Positions 46,201-59,200 are shown, counted from the first letter of the stretch. The stretch is 64,000 nucleotides of DNA from Rhynchopus sp. YZ270_cl-10 (GCA_964035575.1 OZ037836.1:1736001-1800000), one strand, 5' to 3'. Made by a program: numbers and translations. The notes: a model not told the origin generated them from the sequence alone.

Positions 46201-48074
46201 CGAAGACAGGGACGAACGGTCTCATGGGCCCTGCGGAGTGTGGGATTGACGAGTGCCAGGCTGAGTGCAAGACGTGTGAGCAGGACGTGTGCAAGGAGGC
46301 CGGACAGGACTGCTACGACCCAGACGTCACGGTTGAGGGTGACTGGATGTGCGCATGCAAGGGCGGCACTGGGGACAAGACCACGGCGGCTCCAGCAGTG
46401 TGCACGGGTGTTGTGTGTACGACGCTGGGTGCTCAGGAGTGCACAGCTGCACCCGAGTGTGTGTACGAGAGCTACTACGGCCTTTGCGACTACGTCAGGG
46501 GGGCACCTGGGTTCAGCCGTGCACCCGTGACAGATGCTCCTGGTCGGACACTCTCACCTGACACACAGGTACCATCCACAGCAACACCAAGCACGCTCAC
46601 GCCGTCAACGCACTCACCTGATGGCACAGTCGCACCACCTGGGTTCAGCCGTGCACCCGTGACAGATGCTCCTGGTAAGACACTCTCACCTGACACACAG
46701 GTACCATCCACAGCAACACCGCACACGCTCACGCCGTCAACGCACTCACCTGATGGCACAGTCGCACCACCTGGGTTCAGCCGTGCACCCGTGACAGATG
46801 CTCCTGGTCGGACACTCTCACCTGACACACAGGTGCCATCCACAACAGCACCACGCACGCTCACGCCGTCAACGCACTCACCTGATGGCACAGTCGCACC
46901 ACCTGGGTTCAGCCGTGTGCCTGTGACAGATGCTCCTGGTAAGACACTCTCACCTGACACACAGGTGCCATCCACAACAGCACCACGCACGCTCACGCCG
47001 TCAACGCACTCACCTGATGGCACAGTCGCACCACCTGGGTTCAGCCGTGCACCCGTGACAGATGCTCCTGGTCGGACACTCTCACCTGACACACAGGTGC
47101 CATCCACAGCAGCACCACGTACGCTCACACCATCAACGCACTCACCTGATGGCACAGTCGCACCACCTGGGTTCAGCCGTGCACCCGTGACAGATGCTCC
47201 TGGTCGGACACTCTCACCTGACACACAGGTGCCATCCACAGCAGCACCACGTACGCTCACACCATCAACGCACTCACCTGATGGCACAGTCGCACCACCT
47301 GGGTTCAGCCGTGTGCCTGTGACAGATGCTCCTGGTAAGACACTCTCACCTGACACACAGGTGCCATCCACAACAGCACCACGCACGCTCACGCCGTCAA
47401 CGCACTCACCTGATGGCACAGTCGCACCACCTGGGTTCAGCCGTGCACCCGTGACAGATGCTCCTGGTCGGACACTCTCACCTGACACACAGGTGCCATC
47501 CACAGCAGCACCACGTACGCTCACACCATCAACGCACTCACCTGATGACACAGCTGCACCACCTGGGTTCAGCCGTGTGCCCGTGACAGATGCTCCTGGT
47601 CGGACACTCTCACCTGACACACAGGTGCCATCCACAACAGCACCATCAGCAGTGCTGACCGCCACCCCAGGTGATGCAATGCTCAACGACACTGACGGAC
47701 CTGCCTTAGGTGCCGCCAACACTTCAGACGACACAGCTGCCCCGACAGCGCAACCAACGACAGTGCCGGACACGTCGCCACCTGCAGGGTCGATGACTGG
47801 TAGCGCTGCCGGTGCTGGGGAGGAGTTGGACGCCGAGAGCGACGGGGGTGGGTCTGCCGTTGGTCTGATTGTGGGTGTTGTGGGTGGTGTGCTGTGTTTG
47901 TGTGCGGCTGTTGGGGGCGGCTTGTGGTACAGACACCGTGCGAGAGAGTCCAACAAGTTTGACGATGTGCACGCACTTGAAAATGCAATCCCCTTTGGTG
48001 ATACAGCACTCTATGATTTCGAAGAAGGTGACGAGTTGCAGGCAGCGGAACAGGACGAGGCTGTGCTGCTGTGA
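40254..48074 (+). CDS. Gene C: Cys-rich EGF-like-repeat, mucin-stalk type-I membrane protein (2606 aa)
   Basis: ORF 40254..48074; nearly identical to gene B apart from a 2565-nt in-frame deletion and 9 stalk units. Confidence 0.9.
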   Translation: MPRLMYMREVVLLSAAVASHAACTDHGTDATACGADAACLWSPVWYPGLCTERWLDECAVVCPTCADTGGGNLCTKEGQTCTDANTDAASLRDWVCTCPTPSTGWKEGGVAVCQLDECAAVCDGCPSDICTAAGTQCLDTNKDTRSSGDWECVCRAPALGRVTQGVPVCLIDECEQNAYKCTNGQMCADANKLAASEGDWTCTCPPPTYGTAVASAAVCFENECLVDENVKTCTAAGQVCIDPKPQPTNKGDWECHCAQGKTFAVAAAAVCVLDECAEQCTSCADSGGGNVCAKAGQLCTDPNTSPESTRDWKCQCAAGSKAALGGPATCGVDECWQPSNFGAHTCHDTPQTTVDGCACQCGWQVQDAAQYPGAHGPGIEVGCLAGCCNPNVVASGAWCLLEPVQTTAVCQDLVTAGEIVQTCAVLASGVAPANPENVCSRAGQLCVDRDTSATSLGDWQCECVAPAIGYPSVGKTGSCVVDECEANGQVCSLVGQLCKDMDKTSENTWTCVCPSPATGSATGKAATCVYVGECETASIAEVCAQMGQTCYDPDASVTGNWVCKCVEPSTGVPALMTTATCVLDECTAECPTCADKGFGNLCDVAGQHCVESSTSPANVEDWMCKCVGDTVGESVASVAVCTLDECLMNNGRLAKLCGAAGQACNDPNKAVLGGLDDWECVCPPPQIGRMTGKLATCLRDECMEEDVAVVCTAAGQTCQDPNTDARSTGDWTCACSANPGDTPKVAVGEPAKCVLPPISWCVQHSDTCTFMGQACVPAASILDAGSCACIAPQTGPTKVGAATVCILDECTAVCATCADHGAGNMCTKAGQTCQEGSMNPFTGKRDWRCKCAGSDMSAVTAVAVCTVNECDTDPKAKVCAAAEQTCTDKNTAEDSLNDWMCACHEPWTGSKMLGAADCKIDECLFAGSGCAALGQTCFDKDTSAQVRGDWECRCVAPAEGFAVAKAATCVYTGECEVQANKEVCTSAGQACVDPNPAVADDWECRCVSPQAGSHTKAAVAVCTLDECRATCASCATKPGSQTHTCASAEQDCVDPDTAATSIADWTCVCRAPASGEMVGAAAVCSVDECYNAENRAACSRVKDTTGAEVQHCVDKDYTKTGDWVCECMYPYHGTAGQREAAVCLVDECTAPEAWSKKPNGNAVCGAQGQTCLDPQQSVVSELGNWVCQCADGTTGEPNRGAPSTTCKQDTLCAQFGSACGPLEMCVEKDDTWSCRCIAPFVGEAVEEAASCVLDECVAVCSTCAQQGSVHMCTQAGQKCVDHDKSPDSRSDWSCVCEVGKGEAALHMAECMVDECVLNGVTCEGKGQECVDPDMHAETSGDWVCQCIAPASGKAVAGPATCLLDECNLYGGKCTVVGQVCIDQNTAPASLNDWTCNCPAPASGFMYAGPASCTYTGACKDAANFDVCADAGQRCFPGISSADDFRCGCIPPYRGSAGVRAPAQCMIDECEDICATCARTSEKGVNVCAGAGQRCEDPNLSVQSLGDWVCMCQAPSTTAAVARAVDSCLVDECLAITMTGARKCDNFKRYTNDGCECACGWKVSGISGSGAGLDEPCNTGCCNPDKAKEGDWCIVADSAFNKQSAVCTALISKQKTCANERAPAPAGAPVSEFVDVCAAAGQRCYDPNHSPSVQEDWECHCTTSEEYHILAPAKCSVDECQQVTVCSEVGQKCFDKNTDAESKGDWECQCLSGSGAKDMAAAECVYDGHDECQVEANQKICLEAGQYCFDEDPELAGDWVCHCTDPYVQEAPGITEPAVCVIDECLATCPTCARKGDGHGYACEGQQCVDPSGTELGDWRCGCLAPALGAGLQERAVCVQDECLDTQNLQTCTDKGQECVDLHPSDTSLNDWECHCVRPALGSAIGHAAVCQINECLTEAHMQLCHEQGQMCFDPDTTAESTDDWICRCPAPAIGSAVMKPAECVFVGECAKPEIAAVCIAVEQTCVDTDVAQDGTWVCSCVAPKTGTNGLMGPAECGIDECQAECKTCEQDVCKEAGQDCYDPDVTVEGDWMCACKGGTGDKTTAAPAVCTGVVCTTLGAQECTAAPECVYESYYGLCDYVRGAPGFSRAPVTDAPGRTLSPDTQVPSTATPSTLTPSTHSPDGTVAPPGFSRAPVTDAPGKTLSPDTQVPSTATPHTLTPSTHSPDGTVAPPGFSRAPVTDAPGRTLSPDTQVPSTTAPRTLTPSTHSPDGTVAPPGFSRVPVTDAPGKTLSPDTQVPSTTAPRTLTPSTHSPDGTVAPPGFSRAPVTDAPGRTLSPDTQVPSTAAPRTLTPSTHSPDGTVAPPGFSRAPVTDAPGRTLSPDTQVPSTAAPRTLTPSTHSPDGTVAPPGFSRVPVTDAPGKTLSPDTQVPSTTAPRTLTPSTHSPDGTVAPPGFSRAPVTDAPGRTLSPDTQVPSTAAPRTLTPSTHSPDDTAAPPGFSRVPVTDAPGRTLSPDTQVPSTTAPSAVLTATPGDAMLNDTDGPALGAANTSDDTAAPTAQPTTVPDTSPPAGSMTGSAAGAGEELDAESDGGGSAVGLIVGVVGGVLCLCAAVGGGLWYRHRARESNKFDDVHALENAIPFGDTALYDFEEGDELQAAEQDEAVLL
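46503..47650 (+). repeat. 132-nt mucin unit, 9 units (gene C)
   Basis: Nine PGFSR units in the translation. Confidence 0.9.
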
Positions 48075-50756
48075 TTTCTCTATCGGGAGATGACACTTCT
48101 GGGAGGAAACTTTCCAACTTTTCAATATATGCACCATTTTTCTATTCGCAATTTTTCCCACCCCCCCGTTTTTAGAATCAACAGAGAGTGTACGTTAAGA
48201 TTTCTGTGGTTGGTGTTCGTGTTTGGATGCGTCTGTAACACGACTCTGTTGCAACGGTTTCTTCTTTGGAGCTGACGCACCGGACAGGTCCTGACCAGCC
48301 ATGACCTGTTAGGGGAAATACAACCGTACTACGGATAGGTCAGAGACCCCCACCCGATGTTTTCACTTTTTTATGTGTTGACCCTCTCAAATACTTTCAA
48401 TTCTGTGAACTGAAAGATATATGAATCTAATAACTTTTTTCTTATCTTTTTCTCCTCCACTGACACCCCCCATTTCTGTACTTCAAGTAATAGTCTTATC
48501 GACACAGTCCGCTGTGTGGAAACAAGAAGTCAATCAAAAATAAAGGAAATGAGTGTCAGTGGTGCAATGCAAACATCTGCTGAGATGTGATCAAGTGGAA
48601 CGGTTGGTATTTCGAAGCAGTCATGCAGACGCTATGCTTGTGAAAGGTGCTCCCCCGTTCCACATAAGCATTTCCACCTCCCCCCCCACCCCTCTTTCGT
48701 TGTCTCGTTTTTGTTTAGTTTTTGTTTAGTTTTTGTTTAGTTGATACTTTATTGGATCAATGTAGCCGTCAAAAGATAGTTGTCACACGGCAGACAGTAG
48801 GAAATTGAAACCGCAGCCTACTTTTCCTTTTTATGTTTTCCCCCCACCCCCGAAAACAATAAAGCAATAAAAACAATAAAGACAAAAGGGAGAGGTTGTG
48901 GTGAAGCGCGCACACCTCGGCCTGTCGGTGAAATGTGGCTCTACTCCAACCCGCCCCGGATTAGAAAAATGGAAAAAAGGATGGGAGTAGGGTGCGGTAT
49001 TCAATTTCCTTTTAGCATTGCATGTAATCAAGCATGTCCTTAAATCCGGGAAAAATCAGGATTTTTCTGATTTTTAAATCTCAAAATTTTCTTATAGAAA
49101 AAAAAAATTTCGCGCACAACAGGAGAAGATATTTTTTTGTTGTTGTAGGCCTGCAGTCGGGGTGGTACATTTTTCTCCCCACCAGTGCCTTATCCAAGAA
49201 TCAAATTTGAAGATTTTTGGGGTCAGTTTGTGTTTCCCCCAAGATGTTTTTCAGTTCTGACCAGCGAAGACATTGGGTACATAGGGAACTGTATTTTCTT
49301 TTCCTTTTGCGGAGCAAAAGGAATAACACAAAATGGCGCCGCAGGCGAAAAAAAAATAGGGTACAAAATGTAGCTTTTTACACTACAGAGTCAGTCAACG
49401 AACTCTTTTTTGCGGAGCAAAAAAGTAATAAATAATGGCGCCGCAGGCAAAAAAAATTAGGGGACAGCCTGGGATTTCACGGTGCGGTCAGTAACTCAGT
49501 TCCCCAGGGTACTCCCGTGGTTCAACCACTGTTCTACCAGGAAATTATTCTGACCTCCCTAAAAAAGACACTGCCCCATATCCATATGAAAATTTTTTCA
49601 CCGGCAAAAATAAAATTTTCTTATAGAAAAATCCTGAATCCTAAATCCGATTTAGAGGACAGCATGCATGTAATCCAGGGTTTTCGCTATGGGGGTACCG
49701 CCGGTACCCCCAAAGAAAAATTTGGGGGAAAAACCCAATTTTTGGGGGTACCGCGGTACCCCCAACGGTACTTGAGGGTTTAGGGTTAGTGGGAAATGTT
49801 TTTTTTCTTCTTTTTTTTTTTCCTCTCGGCAAGACGTGGCGCAAATCTTTCAATTGCGGCCATAATCGGGGGAAAATATGCTTCTGTGGGGTCCTTGCCG
49901 TTCCGAGAGAAGGAAAAAGTAGCGTACCGTGCGCCTGCGGCGCAAAACTTATGAGCGAATCCCACAGCCCTCTACCATAGTTTGGCTGTAAAAATGTTTG
50001 ATTTTAAGTCACAATTTTTGAAATGTTGCGTACCGTGGCTTCGCCACAAAGTTTAGATATTATGACTGCCGTTTCTTCTTGTACTGAGGGAAGGCAGGCG
50101 TAGAAAAAACATGAGAAAAAGGGTTGGTTTGGTTCTTGATGTACATTACCATCCCACGTCATCACGTATTTACCTGAAATGAACGGACCTTTTCGCGCGG
50201 AGCGCGAAAATTTTTTTTGACCCTTTTTTTTTGCCGGTACCCCCAAAAAAAAAAATAGCGATTTCTGGCGAAAACCCTGTATTAATCATAAGAAAAAAAA
50301 AATGGCAACCAAATAATTTGGTGGATTTTGGGGGTTTTCTTGTAATTGGTACAATATTGATTGGTAGGATAGTGGTTCTTAGTCGCATTGGTTGAGAAGT
50401 ATCTTTTTTTTCCCCGCAATTTTTGAGTTTTTGTGCCTCCCTTCGACTAACCATGTGTATTTTTGGATGGCTGCGTGCGTGGCGCGGATCTAATATTCGA
50501 CTTTCTTTAATGATACGCTGCACCTGGTGCACTGAAGGGGCACCTTTTTTGTGCCTTTTTATACCAATAAGACCCACCATCCCACCAAATAACCTGGTCG
50601 CGATAGTTTCGCGAACTTTCCTGCAGTCAACGCAGGGAAAGAATAATCAACGATGTGATACAGGATATGGGTGGTTCAGTGATTCCACAGAACCGACACC
50701 ATTGATGTGTCTCAACCAAAACCAAATAATTAAAAAAGAGGGAGTTTTTTGAGGTA

Positions 50757-50980
50757 CCGACCCTCCCCCGTGAAATTGTCCCCCCCCCCCCCCCCCCCCC
50801 CCCCCCCTCTGACCCCCTTGAAATTTTCCCCCTGGGGGAAAAAGTGGGGGTGACAATATCTAGCACGTAACAGTGTTAGCAAAACCATCCACTTCACACC
50901 AGACCGACCCCTTCGAAATTGTCCCTGGGGGCAAAATACCGGGTTTTTTTTTGGGGGACAATTTCACGGGGGAGGGTCGG
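50757..50980. mobile_element. MITE family 'f' copy 3 (224 bp), positional paralog of copy 2
   Basis: Same TIR and same flanks (gagttttttga.gTA ... TAaggaaagaaaacgacc). Confidence 0.75.
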
Positions 50981-53228
50981 TAAGGAAAGAAAACGACCAA
51001 ATAATAATTGTGCGGATTTTGGGGGGTTTCTTGCAATTGGAGACCTCGTGGGTCGTGGATATTACTTGTCCTGCTGGAGTTGATACTTTTGTTGGGTCAA
51101 AATAGCTGTCCATACAGACAGTCGTCACACATTTGTTTTGTTTTGAAATTGCACATCTTTTGCAATGCTTCACCCAGTTTTCAGGTACACTGCCTCGAGA
51201 GGGCTTTGTACTTCAGATTTTACATCCCCCACCCATCCCCCACCCATGGACAAAATGTACTTTGAAAGTTCTATATTTTTTCTGCTCTAGCAGCATGCTG
51301 CATAACCAGAAACCGCGAAGCAAAAAAGCAATAACACTCGTTTTTCCTGGGTTTACTTGTGTTATTGACTCGTTTTTAAACCCCCCCCGACCCCTACCCC
51401 ACTTTTCCTTTTTTTACCCTTGCTCCTTCTGATGAGAGCGGTCAAAGGGTTACTTTTCTGGTCAAGGAGCAGACCGCCGAAACCAAAAAAACTTTTGTTA
51501 GCATTGGAGCATATTATGGTGTTTAATAATGTTCCGGCCGAACCACCACGGCGAGTAAGTCGATACTAAAAGTTACGCACACCGTTTGGTGAAAATATGG
51601 TAACTCGAGTGACAAAGTACAAGACAAAAACAGAAGACTCTTTTTTTTTTTTTTCACCTTTTGTCCCCATTTTTTTAACTTTCTACAATCCCCCACCCAT
51701 CCCCCCATTTTATTTAGTGTGATCTGGGTGAGGCAGCGTGGCTGTGTGACTGAAGTGACTTTTTGAGTTTTCCGGCGGATTTCGGACAAAACTTAAGTTT
51801 TTCTTTTTTTCCCCTTCAGTTACACAGCCACGCTTGGCTCACCCAGATCAGTGTCGTCTTTTTATTTTTTGTAGGGCAAAACGCAGTTGACAGGGGAAAT
51901 GCTACGGGTCGCTCTAACTGTTTTCACCCCCATTTTGTGCTCCTCCCCTTCTCACACATCACTTTCTGTACTTCAGGGCTTTCATTCTTATCTCTTCTCT
52001 TTGGCGCTGTTTTTTTGTAAACATATCCGTTTTCAGAGAAGATAATAAAACCTACATTTTCGAACTTTTCTACTGACGTGATTTTCATTGGACGCATCCC
52101 CGGGGAGCACAAGCAAAGGGTAATGAAAGGGAACAATGAACATTAAACAAGCTAGAAAAGAGACAGTATTTATTTTTTTACCGACCCTCCCCCGTATGTT
52201 TGTATACAAAAAGAAAGATTGATGTGGCAGCGTACAACTAACAAACCCTCCCTGTTTCGTTTCCCGTTTTCCTGTGTGGGCGAAGATAGCTATTGACACC
52301 TGTAGTATTTCCCAGGGGTACCAGTGTATCCCTTGGCCACCGCCTGTGGTGGCAGCGTACAAACTAACAAACTCTCTCCCCCTGTTTCGTTTCTCGTTTT
52401 TCCTGTGTGGGTGCAGATAGCTATTGACACCTGTAGTATTTTTCATTTTATGATTGTGTGGTGAGGAACCGTTCAACAGTTCAACATCTCCCTCCCCCAT
52501 TTTTCCGATGTTTTCACTCCCCGCCCCCATCAGTTTTTAGAATCAAGTATCATACTGTTGTTATAACGTTATCGATAACTTTATAACACCCACAGTATGA
52601 AGTATGTGCGTTAATTTTATTCATTTTATTGGTTGAGCTGGCGAGCCCGTGGGACGGGATTTGTGACGGGAGAAAGTATTTTTCAGGTCATTACGCGCCG
52701 CAGAGCAGAGCGCTAAGGATCAGCTTTGCCAACTGCTCTCCGTAGCGTAAGTGGGCGTCTAACTTTGCGCTAGCGGTGCGCACGTCTGAGGCACTATTTC
52801 TGTTTGATAAAACAATAAGCGTGCGTTTCTTTTATCAAACAGATTATATTCTCCGCCCCGCACCCAAACCGTAAATACAACTTTCATTCAGAGAAGAAAA
52901 AAAAGAATTATTTTCCCTCTCCTTTGCGCGCTGGTTTGTGTGTTTCCTAATTTTTACACCGCGTCCTGGGTTCTTCTCCGCAAACACGGCAAACCCTCGG
53001 GACGGTACGGACGCAACCTTGAGGTGTCTGCACGTTCGCACATCCACTTTTATTACTCGAACCCACCCCATCCTGTTCCCCACCCCACCCAACCCATATC
53101 CATCATTCCACCATCAGGACCAAGCCAGAGCAAGAGAGAGAGAGAGAGAGAGAGAGAGACGAAAGGAAGCGTCAAGCCGGGTGTGTGTCTTGGTGTCTTT
53201 GCCCTTGGAGGGTAGACACGAAGCAGCA

Positions 53229-56200
53229 ATGCCGAGGTTGATGTACATGCGCGAGGTTGTGCTGCTGTCTGCTGCAGTGGCAAGCCACGCTGCGTGCACA
53301 GACTACGGGACCGACGCGACGGCGTGCGGTGCTGACGCGGCGTGTCTGTGGAGCCCTGTGTGGTACCCTGATCTGTGCACGGAGGACCCGTGCAGGGCAC
53401 AGGTGGGTTCGTCGGACTGCGGGACGACGTCGGTGGAGATGCCGGCGACGGTGTGCCAGGCGCCGTCTGGGGACCCAGACTTCTGCACGGTGGAGGTGTG
53501 CCAGTACGACTTGGCGCTGTCGCCACGGTGCCACGTGAAGAACTGCCTGTTCTTCACGCAGGGGACGTGTGGAGGGAGCTGCAAGTGGGAGACGACAGCG
53601 GACGTGTCGGACAAGCGCCCAGCAGAGCAGATGAGCTACTGTGTGGAGGACCACTGTGCGGGACAGGGGTCGCAGACGGCGTGCGAGGGGCAGAACGGGT
53701 GCGCGTGGACAAGCGGGTCCTGTGGGATGACAGACTGTGCGAACCACGCTGACGAGAAGGACTGCGACCACGACCTGAGGTGCCACTACGACAACACGGC
53801 AGGGTTCTGCAAGACGACGGTGTGTGCACCGACGACAAGCTCGGTTGACTGTAAGGCGGACAACGCGTGCATGTGGAACGACGATGATAAAGTTTGCGTG
53901 CCGAAGACGTGCGACAAGCACAACCTGCCGACTGCGGACAGGTGTGCATGTGCGGACGACCCGGACTGCAAGTGGCACATCGGAGCCTCGGGGAGCTACT
54001 GTGTGGACCCTCTGTACGACGCGTGCCCGGATCTAGACATTGCCTTTGTGCTGGACGGGTCTGGTTCGATGTCTCGTTCCTTCGGGTCGCACGCACACGG
54101 CTTCTACGGGCTGCTTGAGATCATGCGTGACTGGATGCAGACTGTGCCGCTGACGGGGGACGACCACACGCGGGGTGCAAACATCGACTCGAAGGGGAAG
54201 GGGTTCCGTATCACCTTCATCCAGTTCTCGAAGGCAGACGCAAACCCGGGCGAGGACCACCCGACGAACTGCGCCGTTGGTGCCTGCACGGACGGACACT
54301 TGTCCGGACGCAGAGACGAGCTGAACGGTGACATCACATGGCATGAGAACAACTACCAGGCGCACTGGACGTACATGCACGAGGCCTTGCAGGACGTGGC
54401 AGACAACACGTTCACCGCGTCGCAGAGCCCGTCGTGGAGAGACCACGTGGTGATCATTATTGCTGACGGAGGTATCACGGACATTGACGGTGACGCGTGC
54501 TGCCAGACACGTTGTGGGGACAGACGCTGCGTGGACAGGAACTGGCGGTCGACGTACCCTGCAGCACTGGAGCAGGCGCAGCAAGACCTGCGTGACGAGA
54601 ACGTGCAGGTGTTTGGTGTTGTGATGCGTCGGTACTCGCAGCACACCTTCCAGGACGACAATGCAGAGGCGAAGCTGACACCGCTTGTGACGGCGCCCTC
54701 GGACGAGCACTTCATGAACCTGATGCTTGACGAGATCCAGGACGAGATGCTGCTGAAGCTGTGCGACCCGAACAGCGTGTTTGGGAAGACACTTGCAAAG
54801 CCTGCTGTGACAAGCGCATGTCCGGCGAAGTCGAAGACAGACTGTGAGTCGACGTCGTACTGCGTGTACGACGTGGCACTGGGGTCGTGCACGGAGTCTG
54901 TGTGCTTCCCTCTGTGCGACGAGCAGAACTGCATTGCGAACGACGCGTGCCAGTGGACTGCTGCTGACGGACGGTGTGACCCGAAGCCGCCAGGCTGCAC
55001 GGCACTGTCGCAGACGGAGTGCAAGAACGACCCGACCTGTCTGTGGGACGCTGTGTGGAACAAGGGGGACAACTGTGTGGAGAACCCGTGCATCAAGGTT
55101 GACGGGTCGACTGCGTGCAACGGGCACGTGGAGCCGGTGCAGACGTGCACAGCAGATGCGCAGAACCCTGACAAGTGCGACCTGGAGACGTGCGCATACG
55201 ATGCGGCTACGAACAAGTGCGAGGTGAAGAAGTGTCTTGAGGACGAGGACGGGCGCTGCACGACGAACACCGACTGTGAGTGGGTGAAGCCTGCTGGGTC
55301 ACCAGCAACGACCACACCGTCGACGCTGGTGGGCTACTGTGACGAGAAGATCTGCACGACGACGGACCAGGGTGTGTGCGATGCAGACCCGCTGTGCAAG
55401 TGGGACACCAATACGTGTGTAACGTCGGAATGCGCAAAGAACAGGAACGAGAAGGACTGCGACCAGAACCCGAAGTGCCACTGGGACCTGACGCTGGACC
55501 CACAGGGGTGCAAGGAGGAGCCGTGCCAGCTGCTCACAGACACTGCGACGTGCACCGGGTCCCCCGACAACTGCATGTGGACGGACACGGACACGTGTGT
55601 GCCGAAGAACTGCGACCACTACACGGCGAAGTGCGACTGTGAAAAGGATGCCGACTGTGCCTGGCACCACGGGCCTGGTGGGTCGTACTGCAGCGTGCCG
55701 CGCTACAGCAACTGCCCGGACCTGGACATTGCCTTTGTGCTGGACGGGTCTGGTTCGATGTCGCGTTCCTTCGGGTCGCACGCACACGGCTTCTACGGGC
55801 TGCTTGAGATCATGCGTGACTGGATCAAGGACGTGCCGCTGACGGGGGACGACCACACGATGGGTTCGAACATCGACTCGAAGGACGCTGGGTTCCGTAT
55901 CACCTTCATCCAGTTCTCGAAGGCAGATGCGACGCCCGCAGAGGACCACCCGACAAACTGCGCCGTTGGTTCCTGCACGGACGGACACCTGTCGGGACTG
56001 AGGGAGGAGCTGAACGGTGACATCACATGGCACGAGGACAACTACCAGTCGCAGTGGACGTACCTGCACGCAGCCCTGCAGGACGTGGCAGACAACACGT
56101 TCACCGCAGCGCAGAGCCCGTCGTGGAGAGACCACGTGGTGATCATTATTGCTGACGGAGGTATCACGGACAACGACGGTGACGCGTGCTGTTCGTGGTC

Positions 56201-59200
56201 GTGTGGGGACTGGCGCTGCATTGACCCCCAGCACAGGGATGAGTACAAAGGGATGCTTGTGACGGCGCAGCAGGACCTGCGTGACGAGAACGTGCAGGTG
56301 TTTGGTGTTGTGATGCGTCGGTACTCGCAGCACACCTTCCAGGACGACAACGCAGAGGCGAAGCTGACACCACTTGTGACGGAGCCGTCGGCAGACCACT
56401 TCATGAACCTGATGCTTGACGAGATCAAGGACGAGATGCTGCTGAAGCTGTGCGACCCTAACAGCGTGTTTGGGCAGGTGCTTGTGGCGAAGGAGCCCGA
56501 GTGCGTTGGTAACCTTGCGGAGGCCGAGTGCACGGCGGACAAGGCCTGTGTGTGGGACACCACTGTGTGCAAGAACTCTGAGTGCTACCCACACTGCGAC
56601 GAGCAGACGTGTCTGACGAACCCGGCGTGCGCGTGGAACAACGGCCAGTGCGAAGAGGACCCCGGGTGTGTGAAGCACACCGACTCAACGGCCTGCAAGA
56701 ACGACCCGACCTGTCTGTGGGACGCTGTGTGGAAGAAGGGGGACAACTGCGTGGACAACCCGTGTGTCGATGTGGCAAAGGACGACTGTGCTGCGGTGGG
56801 TGCGACTGTGGACCCGTGCACACCGCCGAATGGGGACCCGGACTTCTGCAAGCTGGATGTGTGCCACGTTACGACGGGCGACGTCTGCGAGGTGAAGAAG
56901 TGTCTTGAGGACGAGGACGGGCGCTGCACGACGAACACCGACTGTGAGTGGGTGCCGGCGAACCCGCTTCCGACGAACCCACCGACGTCGACGACTGTGG
57001 GCTACTGTGACGAGAAGACCTGCACGACGACGGACCAGGGTGTGTGCGATGCAGACCCGTTGTGCAAGTGGGACGCTGGCAAGTGTGTGGAGACGCCCTG
57101 TGCGCAGCACAAGAATGAGAAGGACTGCGACCAGGACGGGACATGCGGCTGGGTTGCGACGCAGGACCCGCAGGTGTGCGTGGAGCATGAGTGCGTGGTC
57201 CACGACAGCACGATGCCGTGTGAGGCGGACGACAACTGCATGTGGGCGAACGTGCTGGGTAAGGACCAATGTGTGCCGAAGACGTGCGAGAAGTACGACT
57301 TCAAGTGCGACTGCGAGAAGGACGCAGACTGCAAGTGGCACCACGGACAGGGGAGTGCGCAGTGTGTTGTGACTGCATACGACACGTGCCCGGACCTGGA
57401 CATTGCCTTTGTGCTGGACGGGTCTGGTTCGATGTCTCGTTCCTTCGGGTCGCACGCACACGGCTTCTATGGGCTGCTTGAGATCATGCGTGACTGGATC
57501 AAAGACGTGCCGCTGACGGGGGATGACCACACGATGGGTGCAAACATCGACTCGAAGGGGAAGGGGTTCCGTGTGACCTTCATCCAGTTCTCGAAGGCAG
57601 ACGCATCACCCGCAGAGGACCACCCGACGAACTGCGCCGTTGGTGCCTGCACGGACGGACACTTGTCGGGACGCAGAGACGAGCTGAACGGTGACATCAC
57701 ATGGCATGAGAACAACTACCAGTCGCAGTGGACGTACCTGCACGCAGCCCTGCAGGATGTGGCAGACAACACGTTCACCGCGTCGCAGAGCCCGTCGTGG
57801 AGAGAGCACGCCGTGGTCATCATTGCTGACGGCGGGCTGACAGACTACGACGGTGACGCGTGCTGTTCGTGGTCGTGTGGGGACTGGCGGTGCGTGGACA
57901 GAAGCTTCAGGTCGACGTACCCGGCGATGCTGGACACTGCGCAAGGACAACTGCGTTCTGAGGATGTCATGGTGCTTGGGGTGGTGATCCGCAGGTACTC
58001 GCAGCACACCTTCCAGGACGACAACGCAGAGGCGAAGCTGTCGCCGCTTGTGACGGCGCCGACGAGCGACCACTTCATGAACGTGATGCTGGACGAGCTG
58101 AAGGAGGCGGTGCTGATGAAGCTGTGTGACGACACATCGAAGTTTGGGCAGGCTCTGGCACGGTCGACAGGCTGCCCGCAGTTCCTGAACGAGCAGGACT
58201 GCAAGCTTGACAAGGCGTGTGCGTGGGGAGCGACGACGGCGGGTGTGTGCGGGGACTCTGAGTGCTACGCAAACTGCGAGGAGATGGACTGCACACAGAA
58301 CCCGAAGTGCCAGTACGACCCCACGAACAAGATCTGTACGGAGAAGGAGACGTGCGAGGAGAAGAACGTGGCGGACTGCAAGGACGACAAGAACTGCCTG
58401 TGGGACGTTGTGTGGGGGAAGGACACCTGTGTCGACAACCCGTGTGTGGACCCGGCGGACGAGGACGCATGCCACGACGTCCTCGCGACTGTGCCGAACC
58501 CGTGCACACCGCCTGCAGGCAACCCCGACTACTGCGACCTGGACGTGTGTCTGTTTGACAAGACCGGGGACCTGTGCGAGGTGCAGAAGTGCCTGCACGA
58601 CTCCCAGGACAGGTGTGAGAACGACGACGAGTGTGAGTGGAACCCGCCGTCGACGATGCCACTTCCGACGGGCCCGCCCTCGACGCTGATTTCCTGGTGC
58701 AAGCCGAAGGAGTGTGTGCACACGACACAGGACCTGTGTCTCGCAGATGACGTGTGTGAGTGGAAGAACGGCGTGTGCATTGAGGACGAGTGTGTGAAGC
58801 TTCCCGACGAGAAGGAGTGCGACGCAAACCCGAAGTGCCACATGGACACGTCGACGGTGCCGGCGAAGTGCAAGAAGACGGAGTGTGCGAAGTGGGACGC
58901 GCAGGTGCCCTGCAACAACGACACGAAGTGCATGTTCAACGACGACGACGTGTGTGTGCCGAAGACATGTGAGAAGCACGGGGCACGGTGCGACTGCCAG
59001 GAGGACCCCGACTGTGCCTGGCACCACGCCGGTGCGCTGTCTGCGTGCACGTCGCCGCACTTTGACGCGTGCCCGGACATGGACATTGCCTTCCTCCTTG
59101 ACGGGTCTGGTTCGATGCAGCGCAGGTTTGGTGCACACGCACACGGCTTCTACGGGATGATTGAGATGATGCGTGACTGGGTCAAGACTGTGCCACTGAC

